From Bugula neritina (lineage: Eukaryota; Animalia; Bryozoa), in NCBI GenBank assembly GCA_964035545.1, contig OZ037772.1, forward strand, positions 4,183,538-4,247,537: a DNA stretch of 64,000 bases, given 5' to 3'. The notes under the pieces were generated by a model. That model saw only the letters and a list, made by a program, of their open reading frames with translations, did no database searches and was not told the DNA's origin. A program made the translations under genes and the position numbers. This document shows, in pieces, positions 49,766 through 61,500 of this stretch (position 1 is the stretch's first letter; every line of letters begins with the position of its first letter).

Positions 49766-52700
49766 TCAAGCTTGGATGTCCGTGGATTGAGTTTGAATGC
49801 GTCTTCCCTTGACAACGTCAGCGTACGAAAAGACTGGGCAGCGTGGTTGTTGCGCACGGCTGGAATTATTTGCCCCGGGCGTAGTAGTTTTGTTTACTAC
49901 TCCGCCTTCGCAAAAGTTGAGATTTCCGTGGTGTTCACAACTCCCACGCTTTGTTGCCAGTCCTTCCGTACGGCGCCCAGCTAGACTTTCATAACTGCCG
50001 TTTGTAACACGGTCACATATGAAGTCTTTAAGGTATGCTGGGGGTTGTCTAGTACGCTGTCCCCGTTCCAGGGGAGGTGACGTATCAGCTGGAGAGGGAG
50101 TTGTAGCTGTTGGTTGGGGCGGCGTACTCACTGGTGGGCTATTTTGCTCCACCTGTGGTGTTTCTGGCCCGCCGTTGGTGGTGGTGTTCCCCTCTCCGCT
50201 GTTGTCTCCAGATGGAGCCCCTCCCACGGGGGGGTTTTGCACTTCCGGACGCGGATGCGGAACCGGAAGTGGTGGGGGTAGACTTGGTACTGTGGGCGGT
50301 GGGCGCACTTCCGTTGGTGGGAGTGGCGTCTCCTGCCTCACCAAGTCCTCTCCCCGCGGCACAACCACTTCGTATTCTGGTCCATGCCGTTGCCGCCCGC
50401 GCGTTACTGTCTGCCTCCTGGGCTCCAACAACGGGGGGGGGGGGGCTGCTCCTGCTGCTCTTGGGCTAGCCCAATACGGTTTCAAGCGGGCTTCGTTCTG
50501 GACAGAGACCTGTCCAGATCGCTCCAACTTGTACGTATGATTGGGCATAGCCTCAACTACTACGTAGGGTCCCACAAACTTAGGCTGGAGCTTAGCCGCT
50601 TGTCCTCGACGCCTACGGTAGTTGACCATCCACACCCAGTCCCCAGTTTGATAGAGGGGTGGTTCCTGAGAGTCCTCTCGCCGTACCTGCCACTGCTTCG
50701 CCCGCAGTATTTCGTGTGCGGCCCTCAGGTCCTCTACCAATTTACTGGCATACTTGTGGATGGTATAGTCCTGCTCTGGGATGTGGTATGTGAGGTGGTC
50801 AGGCACTCGCGTCTCTCAACCGAGCATCAGGAGGTTATGGGTTTCCCCCGTACTGGTGTGTGGTGTACTACGGTAGGCCCGCATGACTTGCGGCAGTACC
50901 GTATCCCACTCCTCCTGACCCCGGCCGAGGAGCAGACTGCGCAGTGCATTGCCCAACATGCGGTTGTTGCGTTCCACCACCCCGTTGCCCTGAGGATGGT
51001 ACGGGGTGGTCCTGCTTTGGTTTACTCCCCAGAGGCGGCAGAGGTCGCTCAACAGTTGGGACTGGAATTGAGCCCCCTGGTCCGAATGTATTTGCTCAGG
51101 TAGTCCAAGATAGCAGAATACATTTTGGTCCAGCACCCTGGCCACCGTGGGGGCGGACGCATCTGGAATAGCCAGGGCGTCCGCCCACCGTGTAAAGTGG
51201 TCGGTTAATACTAGGATCCAACTGTTTCCTCTGGGGGTGACGGGCATGGGTCCGACTAGGTCGATAGCTACCACCTGCCACGGCCTCCCAGCATATAGCC
51301 TACGCCGTCCCGCTTCGCCAGGGAGACGGCCATGCTTGCTGGCCTGGCAGATTTCGCATTGTTTGACTCTACGCCGCACCTCACGCTCCATGCCGGGCCA
51401 GTACCACCGGAGTTGTAACTTGGAGAGCACCCTGCTCACCCCGGCGTGGGCCTGTTTGTGGGTGTCCCATACTAACTCCCGGCGTATGGCGGCTGGGCAG
51501 ATCACCCTCTTCCTGCCGTACTGGTTGTTGTGAGCAGCCACTGTGATGGTCAGCAGACCATCTGGCCCAATCCGCAGGGAGTCCCAACGTTGGCAGTACG
51601 ACCGTAACTCGGTGCATCCCTGCCGCAGTTGTTCTTCACTGGGTCGTCGCCCCTCCTTTTTGGCACGATATACGTCGGCTACCACTCCAGGGAGGTCCTC
51701 CTGGAGTCTTCGTAGCTCCCTAACGTTATCAGCCAAGACAGGATTGGCACGGAGGCGTTGGATAGCCTCCGGGGGCGTAGCGGCCTTCTGTAGGAGTTGA
51801 CCCTGGTCCCAGTCATACTCCGTTTCAGAGTGGTTCAGTGCTCTCAACTCGGATTTTGGAGGACCTCCGTCCCTCTTCTCGATGTTGAGGCACTGTTTAC
51901 ACCTCTCGTCCGGTCGCCGGCTCAGTCCATCAGCATTGCCGTGTTTCTTACCGGGTCGGTGCTCGATCCGGTAAGAGAACTCGGCCAGGACCTCGAGCCA
52001 TCGGGCGACTTGGCTGGACGGTTCTGCTCTCTTACATAACCAAATCAAGGAGGCGTGGTCGGTCCGCAAGCGAAACTTCCTGCCGTATAGATAAGGTCTG
52101 AAATGCTTCACTGACTTGATTACTGCCAGTAATTCCTTTCGGGTAGTGCAGTAAATTTGTTCAGTGGGCGAGAGAGACTTACTGTAGTAGGCCACGACTA
52201 CTTCGCGGCCCTCCTGCACCTGGGACAGCACAGCGCCGACATTTTGGTCACTGGCGTCAGTATCGAGGATGTACTCCAGGGCAGGGTCTGGATAGGCCAG
52301 GATAGGGGCCTCCAGCAGGCGGCCCTTGAGGCAGTCGAACGCTCTCTGTTCGACGGGAGTCCACTGCCAGGTCACCCCCTTTGCGGTGAGCCGGTTTAAT
52401 GGCTGCGCTACCCCCGCAAAGTCTGGTATGTATTGCCTGTAATACCCTACCAGCCCCAGGAAAGCCCGTAGCCCGGTCAAATCCTGGGGGGTTACCCAAT
52501 CTTCTATAGCTCGTACCTTTTCAGGATCCGTCGCCACACCGTGACGGCCGACGATGTGCCCCAGGTACTTCACCTCTGGCTGCAAGAGAGCGCACTTGGA
52601 GGGTTTGAGCTTCAGATTGGCGCCTCGGAGTCGATCGAAGACCTCCCGCAGACGGCTGACGTGTGTCTGAAAGTCTGGGGAGATCACGATGACGTCGTCG

Positions 52701-54149
52701 GGGTATACTAGCAGTGTCTTCCAGTGGAGTCCACTGAGGACCTGTTCCATGAGCCGCTGGAACGTGGCGGGGGCAGAAGTCAGTCCGAAGGGGAGGACTT
52801 TCCACTTCCATAAGCCGTCCCGCGTGATGAACGCCGCCTTCTCTTGGGCGTCTGGGCTGAGGGGGACCTGCCAATAGCCGCTCAACAAGTCTAGCGTACT
52901 GAAGTACTTGCTGCCGGCTAAGGCGTCCAGAGATTCGTCGATCCTGGGTAAGGGGTAGGCGTCCTGTATGGTCACGCTATTGAGTTTGCGATAATCCACA
53001 CAGAACCGCCAACTGCCGTCTTTCTTTCGGGCCAGAACAACCGGTGAACTCCACGCACTATGTGCTGGCTCGATGAGGCCGCGGTCCAAAAGATCCCGGA
53101 CTTGTTGGCTGACCTCCTTTTCCTTCTCGGGTCCCAGCCTCCTAGTGGGCTGCCGAATAGGGGTAGTCCCTGCAGCTAGCGGTATCTCATGACGGACGGC
53201 CGTGGTCAGGCCGACGTCATGGTCCCCACTGCTGAACACGTCGCTATAATCACGTAGCAACTGAGCCATAGTCTGGCGTTCCACGTTGCCCGTGCAGCCG
53301 TTACACGCTGCCTGGTATAGCTCTTTGACGTGTGGTGGGACGGTCTCCCGCCTAACTGACGGGCTCTGTTGGGGACCTTCCGTCGCAGCTCCCAGCGACG
53401 GCCCTATATCCTCCTCCTGGATGGAGTGGAAGCGACCCAGCATGGATCCTGACGGTAATTGTACCGCTTCGGAGAAGGGGTTGACACACTGCACCAAGAT
53501 CTCTCCTCGGTCAGTCAGCCGGTTAAGACTGCTGGCGAGTTGGATTCTAGTGTGCGCACCTTCGACAACCCCTAACCCCGAGAGTTGGCTATTGTTCACT
53601 CTGCAGTGAACGGTAGCCCGGGAGCGGCCGGGTATAGTACAGTTACGTACTACCTGCACACCTCCCGCTAGAGGACGACCGAACTTGTCGACACAGGTGA
53701 GCTCTTTGCCGCCCATTAGCATGGCTGACTTGCTAAAGTCAATATGGCACCCGTGTCTCTTCAAGAACGGCATCCCCAGTATGGCATCTTCCTCCAGTGG
53801 GCTGATGACGAAGGTTTCCTGAATGGCTTGGTCGCGGACGCGCCCAGCCAATTCTATGATACCGTAGAAAGGAATCCGTGACCCGTCAGCTAGGGTGCCC
53901 GGTTCCCCGGTATAGGGAGCTAAGGCTCCCCTCTCCTTGAGAGGGAGGGTGTCGAAGACCCGACGGCTGAGGAGATTAGTGGTACACCCGGAGTCTAACA
54001 GGAAGGTGACAGCTTTACCGGCCAACTTCCCTGGCAAGAAGTAGCTGCCTCCGTGTGGTTGTACCCGTACTCCCCCAGCGTGCTCGGTCTCGGCCGAGCG
54101 GGGCTGTGCCCGTTAGTTCCGCGGTTTGCGGGGCCGGTGAGAGTTTCCT
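49766..54149 (-). pseudogene. pol: pol (protease, RT, RNase H, integrase) with an in-frame stop at 50816-50818
   Basis: Protease LLDSG; RT WRFCVDYRKLN, LPFGL, YPDD (YLDD expected); RNase H LDTDAS...ELLAV...TDH; integrase HHCC/DDE/GPY. CGA in copy 1 is TGA here. Confidence 0.96.
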
Positions 54150-55231
54150 TGCGGGGAGGTGTTTTTATCCTCCCCGATGCCCTGAGGGGCCTCGCTGGTC
54201 TGTTCCATTACTGGTAACGGACCGAAGCGGTTGGTGAGAGGCAGAGAGAAGGGGTCTCGTGGTCGACCCGGTTGGCTGGTTTGGCGAGGTGTTTGCCATT
54301 GACGGGGGGTGTGCTGCTGGGCCCGTACGGGCTCCTGGCGACATCCACCCCGTTTTTCTCTTGGTGTGGGCCCGCGGAGCTCTGGGGGTCTCCGGGGAGG
54401 TTGTGGCTTCTGCTGCCGTTAGAATCGTGGGCCGCTTGGGTGGCGGTGCCCCTGGTTGCCGCTTTCCCAGCGTCGCATCATAGGTCTGGGGGGTTTTGCT
54501 GCCGTCCTCTTACTTTTCCTTGAGTGGTTGTATGTTATCGTCGCCGCCAATCGTCCCAGTCTAGTCATCAAGCGGCTTATCTCCATCTCTATGGGGGGTT
54601 TAATGGTCGCGGCAGCTATGCGGACCGGATGGTCTGGTTCCCTAGAGGTCTGGGGAGTGGCCTCTTCCGTCTTATAGAGTCGCTCGGCTCCAGCGTAGGC
54701 CTTGTTCTCCTGGATTGCAGCCTCGATTGTGGTCACTCCCTTGGCTTGTAACTGGTGGTGGAAGTCCAAAGAGTTGAGAGACTGTACAAAGGCTTCGAAT
54801 GTGTAGTGCCGTCTGTGTGTTTCTGGCAGATCGCTATACGCGGTCCGTGCCAGTCTCTGCACCAGAGTGGCGTGGTCAGGAAGCGGTGTACATTTCTTGC
54901 GGAGTAATCCTCGCAGCCTGGACTTGGCGAAGGCAACGGGCATGCCAAAACGGGCCCGTAGTGTAGCAATGATCCCGTTTACGCTAGGCTTCCACCCGTA
55001 CGGCTTGGCTTCTTCCGTCAGTGCCATCCGCAGTTTCGTAAGAGTTACTCTTGGCGGCCATCTTGTAATGGCTGCAACTTCACGGAACTCTTGAATGAAC
55101 TGTTCAACATTCTCGAGGCCCGTGAACACGGGAACCTCTAATGTGTTCCTATATACCTCTTCTCCAGCTCCGAGAGGGCCTATAATAATGTTTCGCTCAC
55201 CTCCTTCCATTGAAGTTACTCTCACGTCCAT
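54113..55231 (-). pseudogene. gag: gag, with an internal TAA at 54419-54421; frame continues to 54113 and overlaps pol in the -1 frame
   Basis: VPVFTGLENVEQFIQEF...W...LRMAL...LRARFG capsid pattern, degenerate knuckle RWESGNQGHRHPSG, then LTNRFGPL and AGGAAAC before the second stop. Confidence 0.85.
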
Positions 55232-55272
55232 GATATTCTAATACTTCTCATTGTTCTTATACAGTAGCTAGA

Positions 55273-55291
55273 AATCCCACCGCTGCCACCA
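55273..55291 (-). promoter_or_regulatory. Primer binding site complementary to the tRNA-Leu 3' end
   Basis: TGGTGGCAGCGGTGGGATT, 1 nt from the 5' LTR; eukaryotic tRNA-Leu(AAG/TAG) ends ...AATCCCACCGCTGCCA-CCA. Confidence 0.92.
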
Positions 55292-55292
55292 C

Positions 55293-55565
55293 TGTAGTAA
55301 TTTGTGCAATTACTATGCGTGGGTTCCTAGCTTGTAATTATAGTCTATTTATCCACATCAATAAAGTATTTAAGTAAGAGTTTCCAAAGTTTATTCGCTA
55401 CTAATTATATAAAAGATACAGCACGTATACAGATTAGAGATTACATCTTCGCTTAGTTAATACGCTCTCTCTACTGACAAACTACTACTAGCTGAGGGTT
55501 ATCACGTGACGCCCTCGGATAGGCTGAAGGAATACGGGGGATGCGCGTATTACGTCCTTACTACA
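55293..55565 (-). repeat. 5' LTR of Gypsy copy 2
   Basis: Direct repeat of 47988-48260; adjacent to the PBS. Confidence 0.97.
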
Positions 55566-55703
55566 ATATTATACACTGGAACTGGGTTACTCTCTCACCT
55601 CCCCTCACCTCAGCTCAGCTGGACCAGATCTTCCCAAGTGATGAATTTGGGGGAGATTTTCTTTTCCATTTTCATTGAAATAATATAATTGAAAAAGTTA
55701 AAG

Positions 55704-56037
55704 CAGTGGCTCCAACCTTGGGGAAATTCTCCTTGCAGGGAATTTGGGCTTTTCAGGGGGTTTCGTTTCACACAGTTTGTTACCAGCTCTTTGAGCTCTT
55801 GCTTTGTTTTGAAGATTACATATACTGCATATATGTATAACTGCAACTCCTCCATAATCATAATCTTATATTATAATCAAATATACTAGAACAAGTATAT
55901 AGACCTATACTGTATATTATTATTTTCATCATAATTATATAAATTTCATTTTTAGAAAGATTAAGGGAAATTAATACTATAAGTAAACAGTTATGGAAGG
56001 GGAGATGATATGGTATATGAAAAGGTTTGGAACCACC
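55704..56037. mobile_element. hAT-type non-autonomous element upstream of TRIM copy 2
   Basis: CAGTGGCTCCAACCTT...AGGTTTGGAACCAC termini; the right end is also present at 5241-5260 in copy 1. Confidence 0.6.
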
Positions 56038-56382
56038 ATACCTCTACCCTAGCATCACATTCCTCTGCCATCTTCATTGTAGCCTGCCAGTTAAGAAAAT
56101 TCAAGATTAACTAGAGATTCAGTGATGTTGCTGAATATGCTAGTACTAAACAGCTCAACTTAAACATAATGAAAATATTTCACACAATTAAAGGGCCAAC
56201 AGAAAAATGCAAATTCCAGCTGACACTGAAGGCTACTAACAAGAGACAAATTTCTTGTAAAGATTTTGCTACTGTAGAGGACATTGACGTTATCGGTATT
56301 TTTGTAATTTGAAAATATACATTCTAAATTAGCTCAATTGAAAAATATGTACACTTGGTGCCCTGTATAATTTTTCAAAATT

Positions 56383-56636
56383 CAACTTAAGAGTTGTCTC
56401 TCTTCGACACTACAATATAGCGCTCCGCTCACTGAACGCAACATTTCTTTCACGTGATTATTATAGAGTGACGTGTATAATCCTTCTGCGCGTAGAACTT
56501 CCTCGTTATTTTGGTTTTATTGTGCCTCATCTCAGTTACTAGTTACCAAGTGTCCGACCAGTTTACTGACTAACACTATTGACTCTCGTGAGGTGAGAGC
56601 ATTTTGAGTCATCTCATCATTTCTCAAATTAATCAG
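56383..56636 (+). promoter_or_regulatory. Probable promoter and non-coding first exon of TRIM copy 2
   Basis: Homologous to 5640-5922; donor CAG|GTAC at 56637. Confidence 0.55.
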
Positions 56637-58512
56637 GTACTTTACTACTTACAGTTTCCGTTAGATTTACTAATTACTTTGTCTTTTAGACTTAGAGTAC
56701 TACAAGTACAATACACTATACAGTATGAGTATCAGTATGAGTATGACTATGAGTATAGACTAAGACTATAGTGTATACTATTACTATTAGTATTACTATT
56801 AGTATTAGTATTACTATTAGTATTAGTATTACTATTAGTATTAGTATTACTATAACTATTATAATATGTATTGTTGTATGAGTAATTACTAATTAGTATT
56901 ACCATTCTTTCACTCATTGCACTGCATTTACTATATGAGTATAACTATAAGTATAAGTACAATTATAACTATAAACTTAAAGTGTAAGTTACTACATTAA
57001 TATTACTGCACTACTATAACTGTCAGTATTACTTTTAGCGTTGCAGTTGGTCTTACTGCCAGTGCCAGGTCTGCTACCAACATCATTAAATTTATTTATA
57101 ATAATAATGATAATATTGCCATTGGTGATTATCACCCAATACTATTGATTATCGACATAGCTCGACTTTGTTAAGTCAATATTTAACAAGTTGGTTTTAT
57201 AATACTAATACTAATAGGTTTATTATAACCAGTGAGTCGCTTATTTTTACTTTGTGAATTTATGATTGTAACATTATCATACTTATAATATTTATTGCGA
57301 ATTTTTGAATTAATGTTACACTTACTCAATTTGAATATCAGAATATCTTACCACTGGCACTAGTCAGTTATTAATTAATGACAGTGCATAGTGATCACTG
57401 CATGTGATACATTGTCATACCCTGCACATCCCAATGCACTGCCCTTCTGAATTCATTGTGAATAGCGTATTCGGTTGGCTTATATTATTTTACTCAGCTT
57501 TGATTATACAATTAACATGTACTACACTGCTCTAATTTATGTAACAATGCTTGCTAGTTGCTGCTATCTTTACCTCTAAATTTCTGTCATTCAAAAACTA
57601 ACATATTTACATAATAATTACATAATTGGAATTTGACTATTCTATAAATTACTGAGAATATATGGTTAGCCACATTTATATGATGTACTCTTGTTGTAGA
57701 CATAAAATATGAGGTTAGTGTTAATAAATCATTTGCTAGGTAAGAGTGTAGAATAAATAATTGACTAGAGATGAGTGTAGAAGCTGCCAACTCATGAAAC
57801 AACTACATCTGACCTAACAGAAGCACAAACATGTTAAATTAGCGTGTTTCACACCACCATAGTTTCTATTAGATGATTAGAATAGCAAACTAGCAGTTGG
57901 TGGCTTTTTCCCTGGCTGGTGGAAGAGTGAATCTAAGTAACATATTAGCTAATGCATCACCAACACTGCAGAAAGGTTAAAATAATTTTTTAAATTTAGA
58001 TTATTAAGATAACAAATAAATTTTAACACCCAGCACAAAATATTTTATGAAACTATGTTTTCTCCCACTGCTATGTTTCCCCCTGTTTTGTGTCTTAGCG
58101 TGAGCCCACTCAATATATTAGAAACACTTGATTAGTGGTGTTCAATAGAAGTAGAATAATAGTGTTCACTGAAGCACACAGCATTGCTTCATATTTACTG
58201 TATATGGAGTTTGAGTCACCAGCAATAAACTATTCAGTGATTACAATGAAAACAATACAGCCTTTGTTAGACAGTTGAAGCTGTGAGCTCAGCATGTTGT
58301 AGCTGACTATCACGTATACCAGTCTTATTAACTGCATTTGTTTAACAGAATTGTTCATGTCTTTATTTTGTATGGTTTGTTGTTAATGGTTAAATTAAGA
58401 CTTGGAACTTAATATGTAAGTCCTTGATTTGGAAACCTTCACAGATGTAGCGTAAAATATTATGCTAAGAGTATGTGTATCTTTTACAGGATTTCCTTAT
58501 CATATAACCAAG

Positions 58513-61500
58513 ATGGCAGAATCCAGAGTTGTGAAAAAGAGACTAAACAATTCGTATCGCTGTGGGTACTGCTTGCAGTACTTCAACAAACTTGAAGATC
58601 CCAGAACTCTGCCATGTCTGCATGTGTACTGCATGAGATGTTTGAAGACTGACATCGGTGGTAGGAAGGATCATATCAGATGTGCTTATTGTAGGTGAGT
58701 CACAGTACATGACACAATATATCATGTCATAGGCTTGCATATGATTTTCTCACTATCATCTAGGAGTTGTCTGATCTATGTCTATGAAAAGCAAACAATA
58801 CTGTATATTCTATGTGAACTCTGGTTACTAACTTGTGGAGTGTGTGGATATCTTTTCATTAGGTAGAGAAAGTAACTGTTATGTAGATTACATCATCAGC
58901 TGTCCACTCTTGTTGAATTGTGGTGCTGTTGGATGTCTTGGGATTGGAGTTGTCTCCTCACAATATTATTTTGTTCTCATACAGTACAAGACTTGTTAGA
59001 GCAGTGGTTCCAAACCTTTTTCATACAATTCCCACTTTCATACATGTTTACTGTTGATTCCCCTCCCTTTTGTCAATCGGAATTTTTTATGAGTAACATA
59101 ATGATAATATAGATTACAATACAATATTTTTCCTATTACATTTAAATACAATATAGTTATTTCTGATAATTATATTATGCATGTGTAAAACACAGAGCAG
59201 TTCAATTAATGATATTATGGCTGCAGCTGATGGCATTGTACCAGCTTGCTTTCAAACCTCCCACCCCAACCCTTAAACCCCAACCCCAAAATTGAAATTA
59301 AAAACACATTCATGTAGAAGTAGACTGAGATGGCAGAACTGGTTAAATAGATAAGCTAAGATGAATGCTTATAGATATACATGTACATATAACTTGCAAG
59401 AGCTCAAAAGTCTTTAACAAACTGCTTGAAATTTTCAAAATCGAAATCCAGGCTACCCCTAAAAAGCCCAAATTCCCTCTTATAGGGGGATTCTCCCAGG
59501 TTGGAAACCACTGTGTTGAATTGACTTGTGTTTACTATCTTCTTTCCTGTGATTAGAAATATGTATGATGTTGTCATGACAACACAGTTGCTGTGGCACA
59601 AAGTACAGTTTACTAGTATGTAGTGATTGTGTAGTGAGAGTGGAGTGTCTGGTTATTGTCCATGGTCATGTGTAATCTGTAAGGAGTAGAATTATATTAT
59701 TTTAATATAATGTTGAGAGAGGTACTTTTATTATGGCAGTTTGCTCAATAGCTTTAGTTCTAATTCGATACACTCATAGCTCTGGAGTCTAGCAGCTGCT
59801 ACTATTACCACTAGCTGTTCAAAATTCTGCCAACATCCGGGCTGCCAAAGCATAATAGCCATTGACATTAAGGCCAAGCAGTCACTGGGAAATTATTTGA
59901 CTAAAGAGCAGGTCTTATGACAATTAGTAGTCAGTCCCTTAGACAGGAAACAGTGATTCTGTGACCTATGTAGTTAAATCCAATGCTGAACTTTTGATTG
60001 ACTATTAGATGGCCATCACAATTGTATTTGGTACAATATAATATTATTATGGGGTGTCAATCAGTGTCTAATATAATCTGTGAATTGAGTGTCTACTTTA
60101 GTTGGTTACTTCTTCTACCATCAGTCAGTTGTATTGAGTATCTACTTTAGCTTTGATGAGTTGATTACTTCTTCTACTATCAATTAGTTGTATAATTAGG
60201 TGTAAAGTTGCGTTTATACCTTCACGATTTTCGGTCAAAATTTCATTTGGCCGGGTTGAAATTTCTCCGAGTTGCATTGCATTGTAAAAGCCACTCGTTG
60301 AAATTTTTGTACTGTGATAACTTAATCGGCCAATTTTAGAATAGGAGTAATAACTCCTTGTAAACATCGTTATTTAGTTATTACTTTGGCGATTAGACAA
60401 CATACTTATACGGTTATAATTATATAGCCTACGCCTTCTCAATTATCGCTTTTATGCTTTCCGCTTCACTAATTCACGACGTTTACGAAGGGCATCAAAT
60501 AGCTATTATGCGAGTCAAATTTCAATTTCAGAAAGTGAGCAACCGCATCAATATGATTTCAACGAGTTTAAGTTTGACTATAAAGGGGTACCCGGAAAAG
60601 CATTATTAACTTAAACTCGGTACTTTTTTCAGCAGAGGTATAAACGCAACTTTACTTTGTATTGAGTGATGAATAGTGTTGAGAATTTAGGCCTATATTA
60701 TGCCAACCCCCCCCCTCTGACTTAGACTGTGACCCAACCTGCTGCACATACATAGTAGTACTACACTGAAGATAGTCAACATGTGTATATATCATATACA
60801 TATATATATAACATAATTATATATATACATGCATATATCATCCTACTAGTAATGGATTACTAAGTACAACTTATCCTATGACTCACTCTTCTTATGCTAG
60901 CTGCATGAGATAGACAACACTCACACGTGACACGCACTCACAGTGCACTAGCTCTCGACACATTGCCAAGGATGATGAAATGACAGTTTCGCGCCACTCC
61001 TAGCAGTTAGAGTGGCAGGGAATAGTTGTAGTATGTTGTAGTATTGGCTCCTCAGAATTCACTCCTCAGTAATTAGTTGCATTGCACAAACTTGCAACAA
61101 AAGTGAATAATTATTGACAATATGGCCTCCACTCAGTAGTTTAAACTAGTAATTTATCTTATCATTTTACTCTACAAGTTACAGTTGAGTCTGTTTGTTG
61201 AGTAGCAGTTCTTTGTCATGAGTGACTATTTTCCAGCATATTAGTACATAATATAGTCAAGTGTGTTTGTGTGATAGCCTGTGGTCTATATAATGAATGT
61301 GTGTTGATGAGTGATGAGTATTTATTTGAGTATTTGTCAAGGACATAGCTGTGGCCTGTGTGTGTGGATGGAGTATTTCATTACTTGAGATATACTAAAC
61401 ACAGCTAACACAGGTAACATACTGATTGCTATATATTGTAGGAAAGATCACTATGACATAACAGATCCCACTACACTACCAGTAGCTCAGCATGGAGACC

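Larger units (their letters stand above)
47988..55565 (-). mobile_element. Full-length Ty3/Gypsy LTR retrotransposon, copy 2 (7578 bp): LTR-PBS-gag-pol-ORF3-PPT-LTR
   Basis: 273-bp LTRs differing at about 6 sites; TSD ATAT (47984-47987, 55566-55569); domain order PR-RT-RH-IN; the empty site is visible at 4156-4175 in the paralogous locus. Confidence 0.98.

Noticed and set aside
55273-55291. tRNA-Leu gene fragment
   Set aside because: Includes the CCA and abuts the LTR, so it is a primer binding site.
47988-55565. Copy 2 as an inverted duplicate of copy 1 created with the segmental duplication
   Set aside because: Different insertion points, non-inverted 50-bp spacer, own TSD, visible empty site and much lower divergence than the flanks.
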